NCBI GenBank assembly: GCA_050292425.1 | Contig: JBNKLP010000003.1 | Location: 7,419-71,418, forward strand | Reading direction: 5' to 3' | Length of the DNA: 64,000 bases | DNA from: Candidatus Nanoarchaeia archaeon | GTDB taxonomy: Archaea > Nanobdellota > Nanobdellia > Woesearchaeales > UBA583 | Part shown: positions 18,863-27,980 of the stretch, piece after piece | Layout of the letters: each line of letters begins with the position of its first letter | Numbering within the stretch: the first letter of the stretch is position 1 | Position numbers and translations under genes: made by a program | The notes under the pieces: model-generated | Seen by the model: the letters and a program-made list of their open reading frames with translations, nothing else | Databases searched by the model: none | What the model was told of the DNA's origin: nothing

Positions 18863-19414
18863 TTAAATTTCTAATATCTTTTTTACAATTTCAATTAATT
18901 CTGGAAATGTATCTTGCTTAATAAAATGTCCTTTATTTTCAAACTCTAAAACTTCATTTGGGTTTAATTTTTCTCTGATAAATTTAAATTCTTCATTAGG
19001 AATTATAAAATCATCATTTGAATAAACTAAACCAATCACTTTTTGATTCTTTTTAATTTGTTCCCAATTCCAAGGATCATCATACCAACCACTTTCTTTT
19101 TCAGACTCCATACCTAAATCAGTATAACAAGGTGCAATTAAAATTGAACCAAATATTTTATTTTCTTCTGCATACTTCATAGCTGCAACGGCACCTGAGG
19201 AATGTCCAACTAATAAAGTATTTTCATCAGCTTTTAGATAATCCTTTAAGAAAGGAAGCCAATATTTCTTTCTGGCAATAATGGAATCAGGCATTGTTTC
19301 AAAAATAACATTTAAACTTAATTTTTCAAGTTCTTCTTTCAACCAAGGGGTCCAACAGTAAGACCACCTCATTGTATCATTTCCATGAACAAAAATAATT
19401 TTGATGTTTTTCAT
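18863..19414 (-). CDS. RBBP9/YdeN-family serine hydrolase
   Basis: VGHSSGAVAAMKYAE nucleophile elbow; WLPFL, DDPWNWEQIK and terminal GHF collinear with the RBBP9 family (recalled from memory). Confidence 0.8.
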   Translation of the reverse strand: MKNIKIIFVHGNDTMRWSYCWTPWLKEELEKLSLNVIFETMPDSIIARKKYWLPFLKDYLKADENTLLVGHSSGAVAAMKYAEENKIFGSILIAPCYTDLGMESEKESGWYDDPWNWEQIKKNQKVIGLVYSNDDFIIPNEEFKFIREKLNPNEVLEFENKGHFIKQDTFPELIEIVKKILEI

Positions 19415-19435
19415 ATTTTATAATCAATTAATATT

Positions 19436-19443
19436 TTTATAAA
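19436..19443 (-). promoter_or_regulatory. TATA box TTTATAAA
   Basis: Exact box, 22 nt from ATG 19414. Confidence 0.6.
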
Positions 19444-19450
19444 CTTAACT

Positions 19451-20770
19451 TCACATCTCTTCATCAATAACTCTGTTGATGATGTCAACGGGGATATTTG
19501 CATCCTTTAAAGCCCTGTAAATTTGATCTTTGTTATAATCTGCTTTATACTTTAATACATAATCCTTTGTTTTCTGATAAACCTGTGTGTATGGAGTAAC
19601 TGGTTCTGCCTTATGCTCATCACCTGTCTTGTCTGCTTTCTCAACTTTTCCAGCAATTTCATTTTTTCTATGATCATGATAATTATAATCTGTTTTGTTT
19701 TTTCCTTTAAACATAAACATGAAAAGTATTATTACAATAAGAACACCTCCTCCAATTAATGAGTACATAACTAAGTTGTTTGAGAGGTAAGAGTTCTCAT
19801 TTTGAGTGTTGTTCTCGCTCAAAATAGTTTCTTCGCTAGTTTGTGTCTCTTCAACTCCGGAATTTGTTCCTTGACTTGTTTGATTATTTGTTACTTCTTC
19901 TTGTATTTGGATTTCTTCTTCAATAGGAATTGGTTCCAAAACAACAGAATAAACTCCAACAGATGCAGATTTAATTATAACTTCTGTTTGTGTTTTAGTA
20001 AAACTAGTTTCTGACCAAGCAGTACCTGAATGTTTGTATACTTTCACAATTCCTGTTTCCATGTTATCTACTTTTATTGTCAAATCCATATTTGCATAAG
20101 TAGTATTCTTTGCATTAATCTTGAATGTATTTACAGAATTGTTTAGTTTTTCAATATTTTCTGCATCAAAATCTAACACTTTTTTTACACTAAAATTTGA
20201 ACTGATATTTGTATTTGCATCTTTCAAATCAATTTTTACGGATGAAATGGGATAATTAAAAATAACATTAAACATATCTGGTTCTTCAGTTTCTACTTCA
20301 GGAGCAGTATAATTCTCTTTTGTTGCATCTGAATATTTACAATCTGAAATGTAAATCTTGTCAATTATGTCATTATAATTTCCACTTTTTGAAATTTCAA
20401 TAAGATATTGATTTGCTTCATCAAACCTTATTTTAAATTCTCCTTTAGAATCTGTAGTTGTATCAAGTATTACTGGCATCATATCTAAGGGTCCATCATA
20501 AATTTTTACAGATGCTCCATTAATATAATCAAATTCACTACATCTGTCTTCTGCAGGAGTTTCATCTTCTTTACACAAATCATCGTAAATGGCATCTCTA
20601 TTCTCATAATCAGTTATGTTCCAGACTCTATATGTAATCTCCAAATTTGCACACCATCCATTATTCTCTAAAGTAAGATTTGTATAATTTCCATTGTATC
20701 CAGCACCATACACATAAGAAAAAGAAATCAAAAAAATTAGAACTAGAAGAACTCTTTTTAAATGAATCAT
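19451..20770 (-). CDS. type-I membrane surface protein (signal peptide, beta-rich ectodomain, acidic S/T/N stalk, TM, ~85-aa cytoplasmic tail)
   Basis: Start re-called to ATG 20770 (MIHLKRVLLVLIFLISFSYVYG). The track start 20878 would run through the scpA promoter and start. TM is LIGGGVLIVIILFMFMF. Confidence 0.6.
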   Translation of the reverse strand: MIHLKRVLLVLIFLISFSYVYGAGYNGNYTNLTLENNGWCANLEITYRVWNITDYENRDAIYDDLCKEDETPAEDRCSEFDYINGASVKIYDGPLDMMPVILDTTTDSKGEFKIRFDEANQYLIEISKSGNYNDIIDKIYISDCKYSDATKENYTAPEVETEEPDMFNVIFNYPISSVKIDLKDANTNISSNFSVKKVLDFDAENIEKLNNSVNTFKINAKNTTYANMDLTIKVDNMETGIVKVYKHSGTAWSETSFTKTQTEVIIKSASVGVYSVVLEPIPIEEEIQIQEEVTNNQTSQGTNSGVEETQTSEETILSENNTQNENSYLSNNLVMYSLIGGGVLIVIILFMFMFKGKNKTDYNYHDHRKNEIAGKVEKADKTGDEHKAEPVTPYTQVYQKTKDYVLKYKADYNKDQIYRALKDANIPVDIINRVIDEEM

Positions 20771-20831
20771 AACACATAACTTGACTCTTTTTATATAATA
20801 TTTAATATCTCCCTTTTTGTAAATACAAATA

Positions 20832-20839
20832 TTTATAAA
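20832..20839 (+). promoter_or_regulatory. TATA box TTTATAAA for scpA
   Basis: Exact box, 22 nt from ATG 20861. Confidence 0.6.
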
Positions 20840-20860
20840 CTCATTTTTTGCAAAATTTAC

Positions 20861-21658
20861 ATGGAATCTGAGCAGCAAGCTGAAAATCTTGAATATATAA
20901 GACCTGAAGATAGAATTTATAATGTTGCTGTGGATAAAGATAAAGTTGATTGGAAATCCTTTTTATATCAATTAATTTATTCTGAAAATCTTGATCCTTG
21001 GGATATAGATGTAAGTATTTTGACAAAAAAGTATCTTGAGGCCTTCAAAGAGCTAAATACTTTGGACTTTGACCTTTCTGGAAAATTTCTGACAATTGCT
21101 GTATTTTTATTGAAAACAAAAGCAGAAAGTCTTGTTGAAAAAGATTTAAGAGGAATTGAGGAGACAATTGCAGCAGTTGAAAATCAGGATTCATTTGAAG
21201 ATGGATTTGAAGCTCTTGGAGAATTTGATGAACAGCTTGATGAACTTGCTCAAAAGAAAAAGAGGGAAAAATATTCTCTTAAAATCAGAAATCCTATTGC
21301 AAGAAAAAGAAAAGTTAATATTTTTGATTTGATTAGATCCTTGGAAAAAACAATTGAACAATCAAACAAAAGAAAAGCAAACTTTCTAATGAGGCACTCT
21401 TCAGGAAAATATGAAGGGCCCATGTACGAGAAAAAATCAAAAGATCTTAAAACTTTAATTCAGGAATTATATGATTTTATAGTAGATGAACTCTCAAACA
21501 AAAAAGGACACATTACCTTTTCTCATGTATCAAAAGGATCAAGCAATAAAATGGAGATTCTGGAAAAATTCATCCCTCTTCTTCATCTTCACAATCAGGA
21601 AAAAGTTTCCCTAAGACAGAAAGATCATTTTGGGGAAATTGAAATTCATAAAAACTAA
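20861..21658 (+). CDS. scpA: segregation and condensation protein A (kleisin ScpA)
   Basis: DPWDIDVSILTKKYLEAFKELNTLDFDLSGKFLTIAVFLLKTKAESL N-terminal kleisin motif; C-terminal winged helix (ILEKFIPLLHL). Confidence 0.8.
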   Translation: MESEQQAENLEYIRPEDRIYNVAVDKDKVDWKSFLYQLIYSENLDPWDIDVSILTKKYLEAFKELNTLDFDLSGKFLTIAVFLLKTKAESLVEKDLRGIEETIAAVENQDSFEDGFEALGEFDEQLDELAQKKKREKYSLKIRNPIARKRKVNIFDLIRSLEKTIEQSNKRKANFLMRHSSGKYEGPMYEKKSKDLKTLIQELYDFIVDELSNKKGHITFSHVSKGSSNKMEILEKFIPLLHLHNQEKVSLRQKDHFGEIEIHKN

Positions 21659-21715
21659 GTTTGTCCTATAAATTAATAACAAATATTTAAATACTATTTA
21701 TTTTGGATTTATACT

Positions 21716-22189
21716 ATGGCAGCAGAAGAAATAGCTTTCCATGCAGTTTTGCCCATTGCAGCAGGACTTGTGATTGGAATTATTGAGGCATATTTCGTTT
21801 ATGAAGATGAGAATATGACTTCTGGGAAGGATTTTCTAGGAGATATGTGGCATGGGCTTTTATTTGCAGTAGTTGGTGTATTCATAGCATCAAATGTTCC
21901 TTGGGTGATATCTCAGGGTTGGGTTCCAGATTTTTTAACTAATTTGCTTATGGTTGATGCAACAGGAAAAAGTATTGTGATATCAGTAATCATTACCTTG
22001 ATTATGATGGTAAAAATGGTGGCATCCCATGCAATCAAAGGAGTTAGTGGTGCGGGATTTAGAGAGAAATTCTGGCACAAGGCAGTAATTTCTGCAGCAA
22101 TTGGTTTTGCTCCATATTACATATTCCCTCTTTATGCATCAGGATTCATGGCAGGTCTAGCTAAGGCAGTACCTTGGCTGCCTTTCTAA
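21716..22189 (+). CDS. hypothetical 4-TM membrane protein
   Basis: Several hydrophobic helices. No family recognised. Confidence 0.5.
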   Translation: MAAEEIAFHAVLPIAAGLVIGIIEAYFVYEDENMTSGKDFLGDMWHGLLFAVVGVFIASNVPWVISQGWVPDFLTNLLMVDATGKSIVISVIITLIMMVKMVASHAIKGVSGAGFREKFWHKAVISAAIGFAPYYIFPLYASGFMAGLAKAVPWLPF

Positions 22190-22228
22190 ACCCCAACATT
22201 TATATAATTCTTTTATTTAGCTAAATTT

Positions 22229-22645
22229 ATGGCAAAAAAAATTAATGCAAGATTTATTATTCAAATTGCAGGAAAACCTGTAGAAAATGTCCAAAAAGCT
22301 CTTGAAGTTATTGTGGATAAGATAAAAGAATCAAAAGATTACAAAGTATTAGAATCTGAAATAATTGAGCCTGAATTAGATGATAAAACTACTTTATATT
22401 CAGGACTTATAGAGCTCTCAATAAAGTTTGAGAATGCTCAGGACATACTGGGATTTATTGTTGATTTCACTCCAAATTCAGTTGAAATTGAAGAACCAGA
22501 AGAAATCACAATGGATAACAATGAATTAACAGCAATCTTAAATGATATGTCTTCAAAATTATTAGAATCACAAACAAAAATCCGGCAGTTGAATGCATAT
22601 GTTCATATGCAGAATCAGAAATTGGCTGGATTTGAAAAGAAATAA
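22229..22645 (+). CDS. hypothetical protein
   Basis: 138-aa acidic ORF with a C-terminal coiled coil. No motif recognised. Confidence 0.45.
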   Translation: MAKKINARFIIQIAGKPVENVQKALEVIVDKIKESKDYKVLESEIIEPELDDKTTLYSGLIELSIKFENAQDILGFIVDFTPNSVEIEEPEEITMDNNELTAILNDMSSKLLESQTKIRQLNAYVHMQNQKLAGFEKK

Positions 22646-22646
22646 T

Positions 22647-22913
22647 TCATCTTATTCTTCTTTCAATCCACATTCTTTTGAAATATGGAAACGAGATTGT
22701 TGATAAAACGAATCCTATTGTAGGAACAATTGAGTTAACAAATGGGTTGCCTAAATTAGCAAAGCTAAAAAACAACACAATAACAGTATAAGTTAGAATT
22801 ATTATCAATATCTTTCTTGCAAAACTTGTCTCCCAAGCCTTGTCAAGTTCAACTCTTTTGTTTCTCTTTTCAATTATCTCAATTCTCTTCTCAAGTTCTT
22901 TGATTGTTGTCAT
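22647..22913 (-). CDS. conserved-looking small 2-TM protein
   Basis: N-terminal coiled coil (ELEKRIEIIEKRNKRVELDKAWETS), then two TM helices. Confidence 0.45.
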   Translation of the reverse strand: MTTIKELEKRIEIIEKRNKRVELDKAWETSFARKILIIILTYTVIVLFFSFANLGNPFVNSIVPTIGFVLSTISFPYFKRMWIERRIR

Positions 22914-22967
22914 AGTAAAATTACCTCTGATTTTAATTTATATCAAAATAAGAAAAAGTTAAAGAAA

Positions 22968-23771
22968 TTATTTTGTCTTCATATCTCTCCAAGCGATGTC
23001 AAACATCTGCTGAAGAGCCTGAGCAAAGAATGGTGTGTTAACCCATACTCCAATATCATAAGCAGGGTATATGTCCTTGTCATGAAGTGTCATGAACAAT
23101 ACTTCTTCACCATCAATAATACAGAATCTTGCCTCAATTTCTTCAGTATATCTAACTTCAGCAACATCTGCTAATTCTTTGGAAATTTCTGCTGTCTTAT
23201 CTGTCTTAGGGCATGCAATCTTAACTGATACTCCTCTATCCTTTAAATCTTCAAATACTCCTCTAAGTGCTTCAACCTTCCTCAAAAATCCAGTTGATGT
23301 TGTCATAATGATAACTTCACTCTCTGCACTCTTAACCATTGCCTCAAGGTGATTGTACAAATTGTACCTTCCCTTCAAAGCTCCACTCAAATCTGAAGGC
23401 TCAACAAGCTGGATTCCCTGCTCATGAAGCTGTTCCAAATCTTTCAAGATATCACTATCTCTTAGAGCTTCTAGCTTCTGAAGCTTTTCTTCTGACTTCT
23501 CAGCAACTCTCTTCTTAACTCTATCAATAACGTCCTTCGGAGAAATAGCAATGTACTTGATTGGCTTTCCTAACTTAACCATAACGAATCCTTTTTTCTC
23601 CAAAGATTCTAAAACATCATAGGTTCTTGACCTAGGTACAACTGCAAGATCTGATAATTCTCCTGCTGTTGCAACTTTTCTTGATAGAAGTGCAGTCCAG
23701 ATTTTAACCTCGTAAAGGTTAAGGCTGAAGTATTGCCTTAGCATATTTAAAAATTCTTCTTTAACTATCAT
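22968..23771 (-). CDS. TrmB-family transcriptional regulator
   Basis: N-terminal winged HTH LYEVKIWTALLSRKVATAGELSDLAVVPRSRTYDVLESLEKKGFV, coiled coil, and C-terminal TrmB effector-like domain. Confidence 0.85.
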   Translation of the reverse strand: MIVKEEFLNMLRQYFSLNLYEVKIWTALLSRKVATAGELSDLAVVPRSRTYDVLESLEKKGFVMVKLGKPIKYIAISPKDVIDRVKKRVAEKSEEKLQKLEALRDSDILKDLEQLHEQGIQLVEPSDLSGALKGRYNLYNHLEAMVKSAESEVIIMTTSTGFLRKVEALRGVFEDLKDRGVSVKIACPKTDKTAEISKELADVAEVRYTEEIEARFCIIDGEEVLFMTLHDKDIYPAYDIGVWVNTPFFAQALQQMFDIAWRDMKTK

Positions 23772-23978
23772 TTTTAACTACATATTGTAATCTTTTTATA
23801 TTTATAAAGTTTGTCCTGAGAGGTATTACTCACCAATTACACAAACTTTTTAGTATTTTCCCAAAGGTAGTTGGAGTAACTACTTCTTTGATACTAAACT
23901 CCAAATTATAGCTTTTATAAAGTTTTGTATTTTAATTCATTAGTACAGACATAATCTAACTACTAAAAAAAGACGACA

Positions 23979-24452
23979 TTAAGAAGAAATTATTTGCATT
24001 GATAAAATTCTTGTTTCTGGCTTGTTCTGCTCATTTAGATACACTACAGGGTATTTTAAATCATTGCATAAAATACTTCTTGTGTTTGTAGAACATAAAT
24101 TTGTTTTCAGTAAAAAATCATCTTTATTATTGTTCAGATACAAAGCATTGCCATTGGTTTTAAATTCTATATCGCTCAAATACATCCTCATCCAGATTCC
24201 TTCATTTCCTTTCAGACATTCATTCAAATTTTCTTGAGTGAATTCTGATTCCTTGATTGTAGCAAAATCACTTGAAAAACAATTGCTATTCAAAATTCTT
24301 GAAACAACAAGTTGTGCTTTGATTTTCTTCTCATCAATCTGCAGATCGTTTGCTTGAAACAAAATAAGTACATACATGATAACAACCAAACTTGCAACCA
24401 AAATAACAGCAATCATTTCAACAGGATTAACTTCAGCTTTCTTATCAAACAT
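23979..24452 (-). CDS. archaeal type-IV-pilin-like protein (class III signal peptide candidate)
   Basis: N-terminus MFDKKAEVNPVEMIAVILVASLVVIMYVLI resembles the archaeal pilin N-terminal domain (..SPVIATVLLIAITV..). TTTAAATA 25 nt upstream. Confidence 0.45.
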   Translation of the reverse strand: MFDKKAEVNPVEMIAVILVASLVVIMYVLILFQANDLQIDEKKIKAQLVVSRILNSNCFSSDFATIKESEFTQENLNECLKGNEGIWMRMYLSDIEFKTNGNALYLNNNKDDFLLKTNLCSTNTRSILCNDLKYPVVYLNEQNKPETRILSMQIISS

Positions 24453-24603
24453 CTAAAAAAATCTTCAACTCTTTTCTTTAAATACATTTAGTATTATTTT
24501 CAAATGAGTATAAAGCAACAGTTCAATAAGGTAGAAAGATTTAAAAACGATTTGACATTAGATTTTACTAGACAGCTAAGTAAATAAATTTAGGTGATAT
24601 TAA

Positions 24604-24708
24604 ATGAAAAGAAGTTCAAGAAGATGGAAAAAGAAAGGCCAGATGAGATGGAAATGGCAGAAAAAGATTATGAGAGCTAGAAAAAGAAAGCTAAGAAACA
24701 ACAGATAA
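24604..24708 (+). CDS. rpl41e: ribosomal protein eL41 (34 aa; not in ORF track)
   Basis: MKRSSRRWKKKGQMRWKWQKKIMRARKRKLRNNR matches the archaeal L41e pattern KRSSRRWKKKGRMRWKW (recalled from memory). AGGTGA Shine-Dalgarno 7 nt upstream. Confidence 0.75.
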   Translation: MKRSSRRWKKKGQMRWKWQKKIMRARKRKLRNNR

Positions 24709-24750
24709 TCTTAATCTGAAACAAATTAAATTCAAATTCTCTTTTATTAA

Positions 24751-25332
24751 ATGACTCAAGACGCTAATTCTAATACTGCATTAATAGAAAGCAAGCTTCA
24801 AATTTTAGAAAAAAACAAACCCTCAGGAAAACACTGGAACATATCTTGGACTTTGGGAAAGATACTTGGAAATCTAGTTTCACTAAAACAGCCAAAAAAC
24901 ATCCTTGAATTTGGTACTTCAAATGGATTTTCAACACTTTGGATGGCAAAAAACATGCCTAATTTTTCTGCTATTTATACAATAGAAGTAAACGATCAAA
25001 GATTTGATGAAGCAAAAATCAATTTTGAATCCTGCAAAATCAAAAACATCACGCAGCTTCATGGAGAGGCATTTGAAGTTTTGGAAAACTATGATTTTCA
25101 AAATAAATTTGACTTTGTATTTCTTGATGCTGCTCACAAATTCTATGAACAACTAATAAAGGAACTTCAAGATAGAAATTTGTTAACAGAAGATTGTACA
25201 ATAGTGGCTGACAACGTAATCTCTCATAATATGGCTGAGTTTATTGATTTTATGAAAAAGGACTTTAATGTTGAAATTATTGATATTGACAGTGGTTTTC
25301 TAGTTGCAAAAAGAAAAACTACTTCTCAATAA
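24751..25332 (+). CDS. class I SAM-dependent O-methyltransferase (family 3-like)
   Basis: ILEFGTSNGFSTLWMA SAM-binding loop and FDFVFLDAAHKFY, typical of the caffeoyl-CoA OMT/YrrM-like family. Confidence 0.75.
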   Translation: MTQDANSNTALIESKLQILEKNKPSGKHWNISWTLGKILGNLVSLKQPKNILEFGTSNGFSTLWMAKNMPNFSAIYTIEVNDQRFDEAKINFESCKIKNITQLHGEAFEVLENYDFQNKFDFVFLDAAHKFYEQLIKELQDRNLLTEDCTIVADNVISHNMAEFIDFMKKDFNVEIIDIDSGFLVAKRKTTSQ

Positions 25333-27271
25333 ACACTCCAAAAAATTTATTATTTTCAACTCTCTTCATTCCAGGGTACTTCTTGTAAACTTCAAACATC
25401 TCTTTATTCAATGGTATTTTCCGGCCTTTCACAACAATCTCCTTTGTTTCATTAATATATTTTCCATTTAAGTTTCTAATCTCGTCATAAACTTCATTAT
25501 AGAGATTCTTAAAGAGTTTCTTCAAAGTCAGAATATTTGGCTTTACAATTCTCTTTGAGACCAAATTCTCGCTAATAACACTAATGTCTTCATCAAGTAG
25601 GTTTGCATCAAACTCTTTCTTTCTAACTATTGTGACTTTATACTTTCTGGATAACTTGTTTGCAAGCATTGAATCATTAACAATTACCTCCAAATCTGGT
25701 TTGTTCTTTGATTTGAATATACTAAACTTTTTATTCTTGTAATATGAATAAAACAATTCTTCAAATTCATTTGCTGTTTCTTCATCATAAACTCTCAAAA
25801 CTTTTATCAAAATTAAAATATTCTGTACGAAAAAATACAAATCTTCAAATTCAATTTCACTAAATCTCACAACTTCAAGTAGTTTTGAAGTCTTTGTGAT
25901 TGTCTTCTTTAAAAGCTCTTTTTTCAAAGGAACCTTCAAAAACTCTTCATAATCGATGTAAATAGAATTTGCAACACTCAAATAATATTCTTGTAAAACA
26001 TTCAGAGCTCTAATTTGTTCTGGAATTTTATTAAACTCAACACTTTTCAAAGTAGTGATCTTAATTAATTTCTTTATTAGTTTTTTGAGTTCTCTTATGT
26101 GGGCTGGATGTAGATCTTCAAAATAATCTATTTCCTCAACATTCTTTGCAAAATTCAATTTAAGAATAAGTTCTCTAAAATCTCTAAAAACTATTCTTTT
26201 CTCATCCTTTAGATTATCAATCATTTCTTCCAAATCCTTCTTAAGATAATAGCTTTTGAAGATTGCCTTGTCTCCATCTGAAGATTGCATATAAATGTTC
26301 TTCAAAAACTCTTCCTCAAATTTGAACTTTCTTCCACTAAGTTCCTCAAACTCTTCCTTATTTTTTATCTTAAGATAATCTTGGTATTTTAAAGACTTCC
26401 AGACTGGAATTAGCAATCCTTTCTTTTTTGAACTAAGTTTTATCCACTCTACTTTTATTAATTCTCTTAAAATTATTTTTTTATCAATATTAGTTTTGAC
26501 TTTATCTAATTTTTCATCCAGCAAATCAAAATCAACTTTCATGAAAAGTTGTGTTGAAATATCCTTGTACAATTTATTTGTTGTTTTTTTTTGATAATCC
26601 CATAAAATCTTCTCTTGTCTTGTAAGAATTGGTTTCATTATTTTAACCTGGCCAATACTATCTGAAATATTTATTGCACTTTCTCTGATGTAATTTTCTT
26701 CAATTAGTGAAATCAGAGGAAGTTTCATCTCTTCTGCTAGTCTGAAATGATTCTGCTTAACACTTGGGACAAAATTTTCAATTTTTTCAAAATCACTTAT
26801 GTGAATTCTATTGAAATCAAGTTTTTTCTTCTCTGAAAGATATTTCTTAAGCTCAATAATAATCTTTGGCAACTCAAATTCAAATTCATATTTTTTTTTA
26901 AACAATTTCTTAGCATCAAAACTTTCAATACTCTCTTCAATAACATTATCTAATCTTTTACAAATGTCTTTTGTACTTATGTAAAATACCATATCTTCAT
27001 TTTTTAATTTGAATCTGATGAGTTCAACATCTCTGCCAACAAGTATTGTGTGAGACAAAAGAAAATTTATTGGTATGTCTTCTACAAGCAGAAAATCTCC
27101 ATTTTCTAGTTTTACTCTAACTATTGCAAAATTAACCAATGTTTCTCGTTTCTCAACGTCTTTTTCAAGAATTGGAAAATTTTTGTAATACTTAACAATC
27201 TGGGTTTGTTCCAATAGCTGATTTGTATTAATTAAGTTGTATAAAAACTCTAAGAAAATGTCTTCCTTCAT
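25319..27271 (-). CDS. 650-aa Lys/Glu/Ile-rich orphan protein
   Basis: Long uninterrupted ORF with no hydrophobic segment and no motif I recognise. Start overlaps the upstream stop (ATGA). Confidence 0.6.
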   Translation of the reverse strand: MKEDIFLEFLYNLINTNQLLEQTQIVKYYKNFPILEKDVEKRETLVNFAIVRVKLENGDFLLVEDIPINFLLSHTILVGRDVELIRFKLKNEDMVFYISTKDICKRLDNVIEESIESFDAKKLFKKKYEFEFELPKIIIELKKYLSEKKKLDFNRIHISDFEKIENFVPSVKQNHFRLAEEMKLPLISLIEENYIRESAINISDSIGQVKIMKPILTRQEKILWDYQKKTTNKLYKDISTQLFMKVDFDLLDEKLDKVKTNIDKKIILRELIKVEWIKLSSKKKGLLIPVWKSLKYQDYLKIKNKEEFEELSGRKFKFEEEFLKNIYMQSSDGDKAIFKSYYLKKDLEEMIDNLKDEKRIVFRDFRELILKLNFAKNVEEIDYFEDLHPAHIRELKKLIKKLIKITTLKSVEFNKIPEQIRALNVLQEYYLSVANSIYIDYEEFLKVPLKKELLKKTITKTSKLLEVVRFSEIEFEDLYFFVQNILILIKVLRVYDEETANEFEELFYSYYKNKKFSIFKSKNKPDLEVIVNDSMLANKLSRKYKVTIVRKKEFDANLLDEDISVISENLVSKRIVKPNILTLKKLFKNLYNEVYDEIRNLNGKYINETKEIVVKGRKIPLNKEMFEVYKKYPGMKRVENNKFFGVFIEK

Positions 27272-27612
27272 TTTCGACCTTCAATAATAACATAATCTTC
27301 ATTTTTCTGCAAACTCAAATCTGAGCTTCCAAAATATTCATTTGACATTTCATCAGGCATGTCTCCGTATTTGACATAAATTTTGTTTCCATCAATTCTT
27401 GCTGAGTTTATCTCTTCATATCTTATTTTTGTCTCAAAATTCATTCCTGCAGTTTGGGTTGAAACATATGAAATTTCCTTTGATGCAGCAATTGCACCAA
27501 ATCTGTCTGAATCATGAAAAAATATCATAGTACCTCCAATTACTAGAAGAAATAATACAGGGAAAACTGCTCCAACAAAGATTTCCTTTATTGTATTTTC
27601 TCCAGCATCCAT
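27268..27612 (-). CDS. 114-aa N-terminally membrane-anchored protein
   Basis: MDAGENTIKEIFVGAVFPVLFLLVIGGTMIFF anchor plus beta-rich domain. TTTATATT at 27635-27642, 23 nt upstream. Confidence 0.55.
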   Translation of the reverse strand: MDAGENTIKEIFVGAVFPVLFLLVIGGTMIFFHDSDRFGAIAASKEISYVSTQTAGMNFETKIRYEEINSARIDGNKIYVKYGDMPDEMSNEYFGSSDLSLQKNEDYVIIEGRK

Positions 27613-27687
27613 ACTGATTTCATCAGAACTCTTCTTTATATTTCCTTGTATTACTCAATTAGGGAAAACCTATTTCATATCACAATA

Positions 27688-27695
27688 TTTATAAA
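27688..27695 (+). promoter_or_regulatory. TATA box TTTATAAA for atpK operon
   Basis: Exact box, 26 nt from ATG 27721. Confidence 0.55.
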
Positions 27696-27720
27696 CCAAA
27701 TTCAATTCCGAAAAAGTATA

Positions 27721-27960
27721 ATGGCAATTGAATCACTAATTTCAACAACAGGTCTATTAGGAGTAGGAGCAGGACTAGCTTTAGGTCTTGCAGCAATAGG
27801 TACAGGTCTTGGACAAAAAGAGGCTATGGCAGCAGCAATTGGTGCAATTTCAGAAGATCCAAAAATGTTTGGAAAGGCAATTATTTTTGCAGTACTTCCA
27901 GAAACAATTCTTATCTTCGGATTCGTAACAGCTTTCCTTATCATGGGAATGGGAGCATAA
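27721..27960 (+). CDS. atpK: A-type ATPase proteolipid subunit K (c)
   Basis: 79-aa single hairpin, Gly-rich helix 1 (GAGLALGLAAIGTGLGQ) and ion-binding Glu in VLPETILIFG. ATG 27721 preferred over track start 27646. Confidence 0.85.
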   Translation: MAIESLISTTGLLGVGAGLALGLAAIGTGLGQKEAMAAAIGAISEDPKMFGKAIIFAVLPETILIFGFVTAFLIMGMGA

Positions 27961-27980
27961 ATATAATTAACTTAAAATAA

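Noticed and set aside
25319-27271. Considered whether the 650-aa protein next to atpK is the missing ATPase subunit I.
   Set aside because: It has the right size, but it is encoded on the opposite strand, has no transmembrane segments and lacks the C-terminal multi-TM channel domain.
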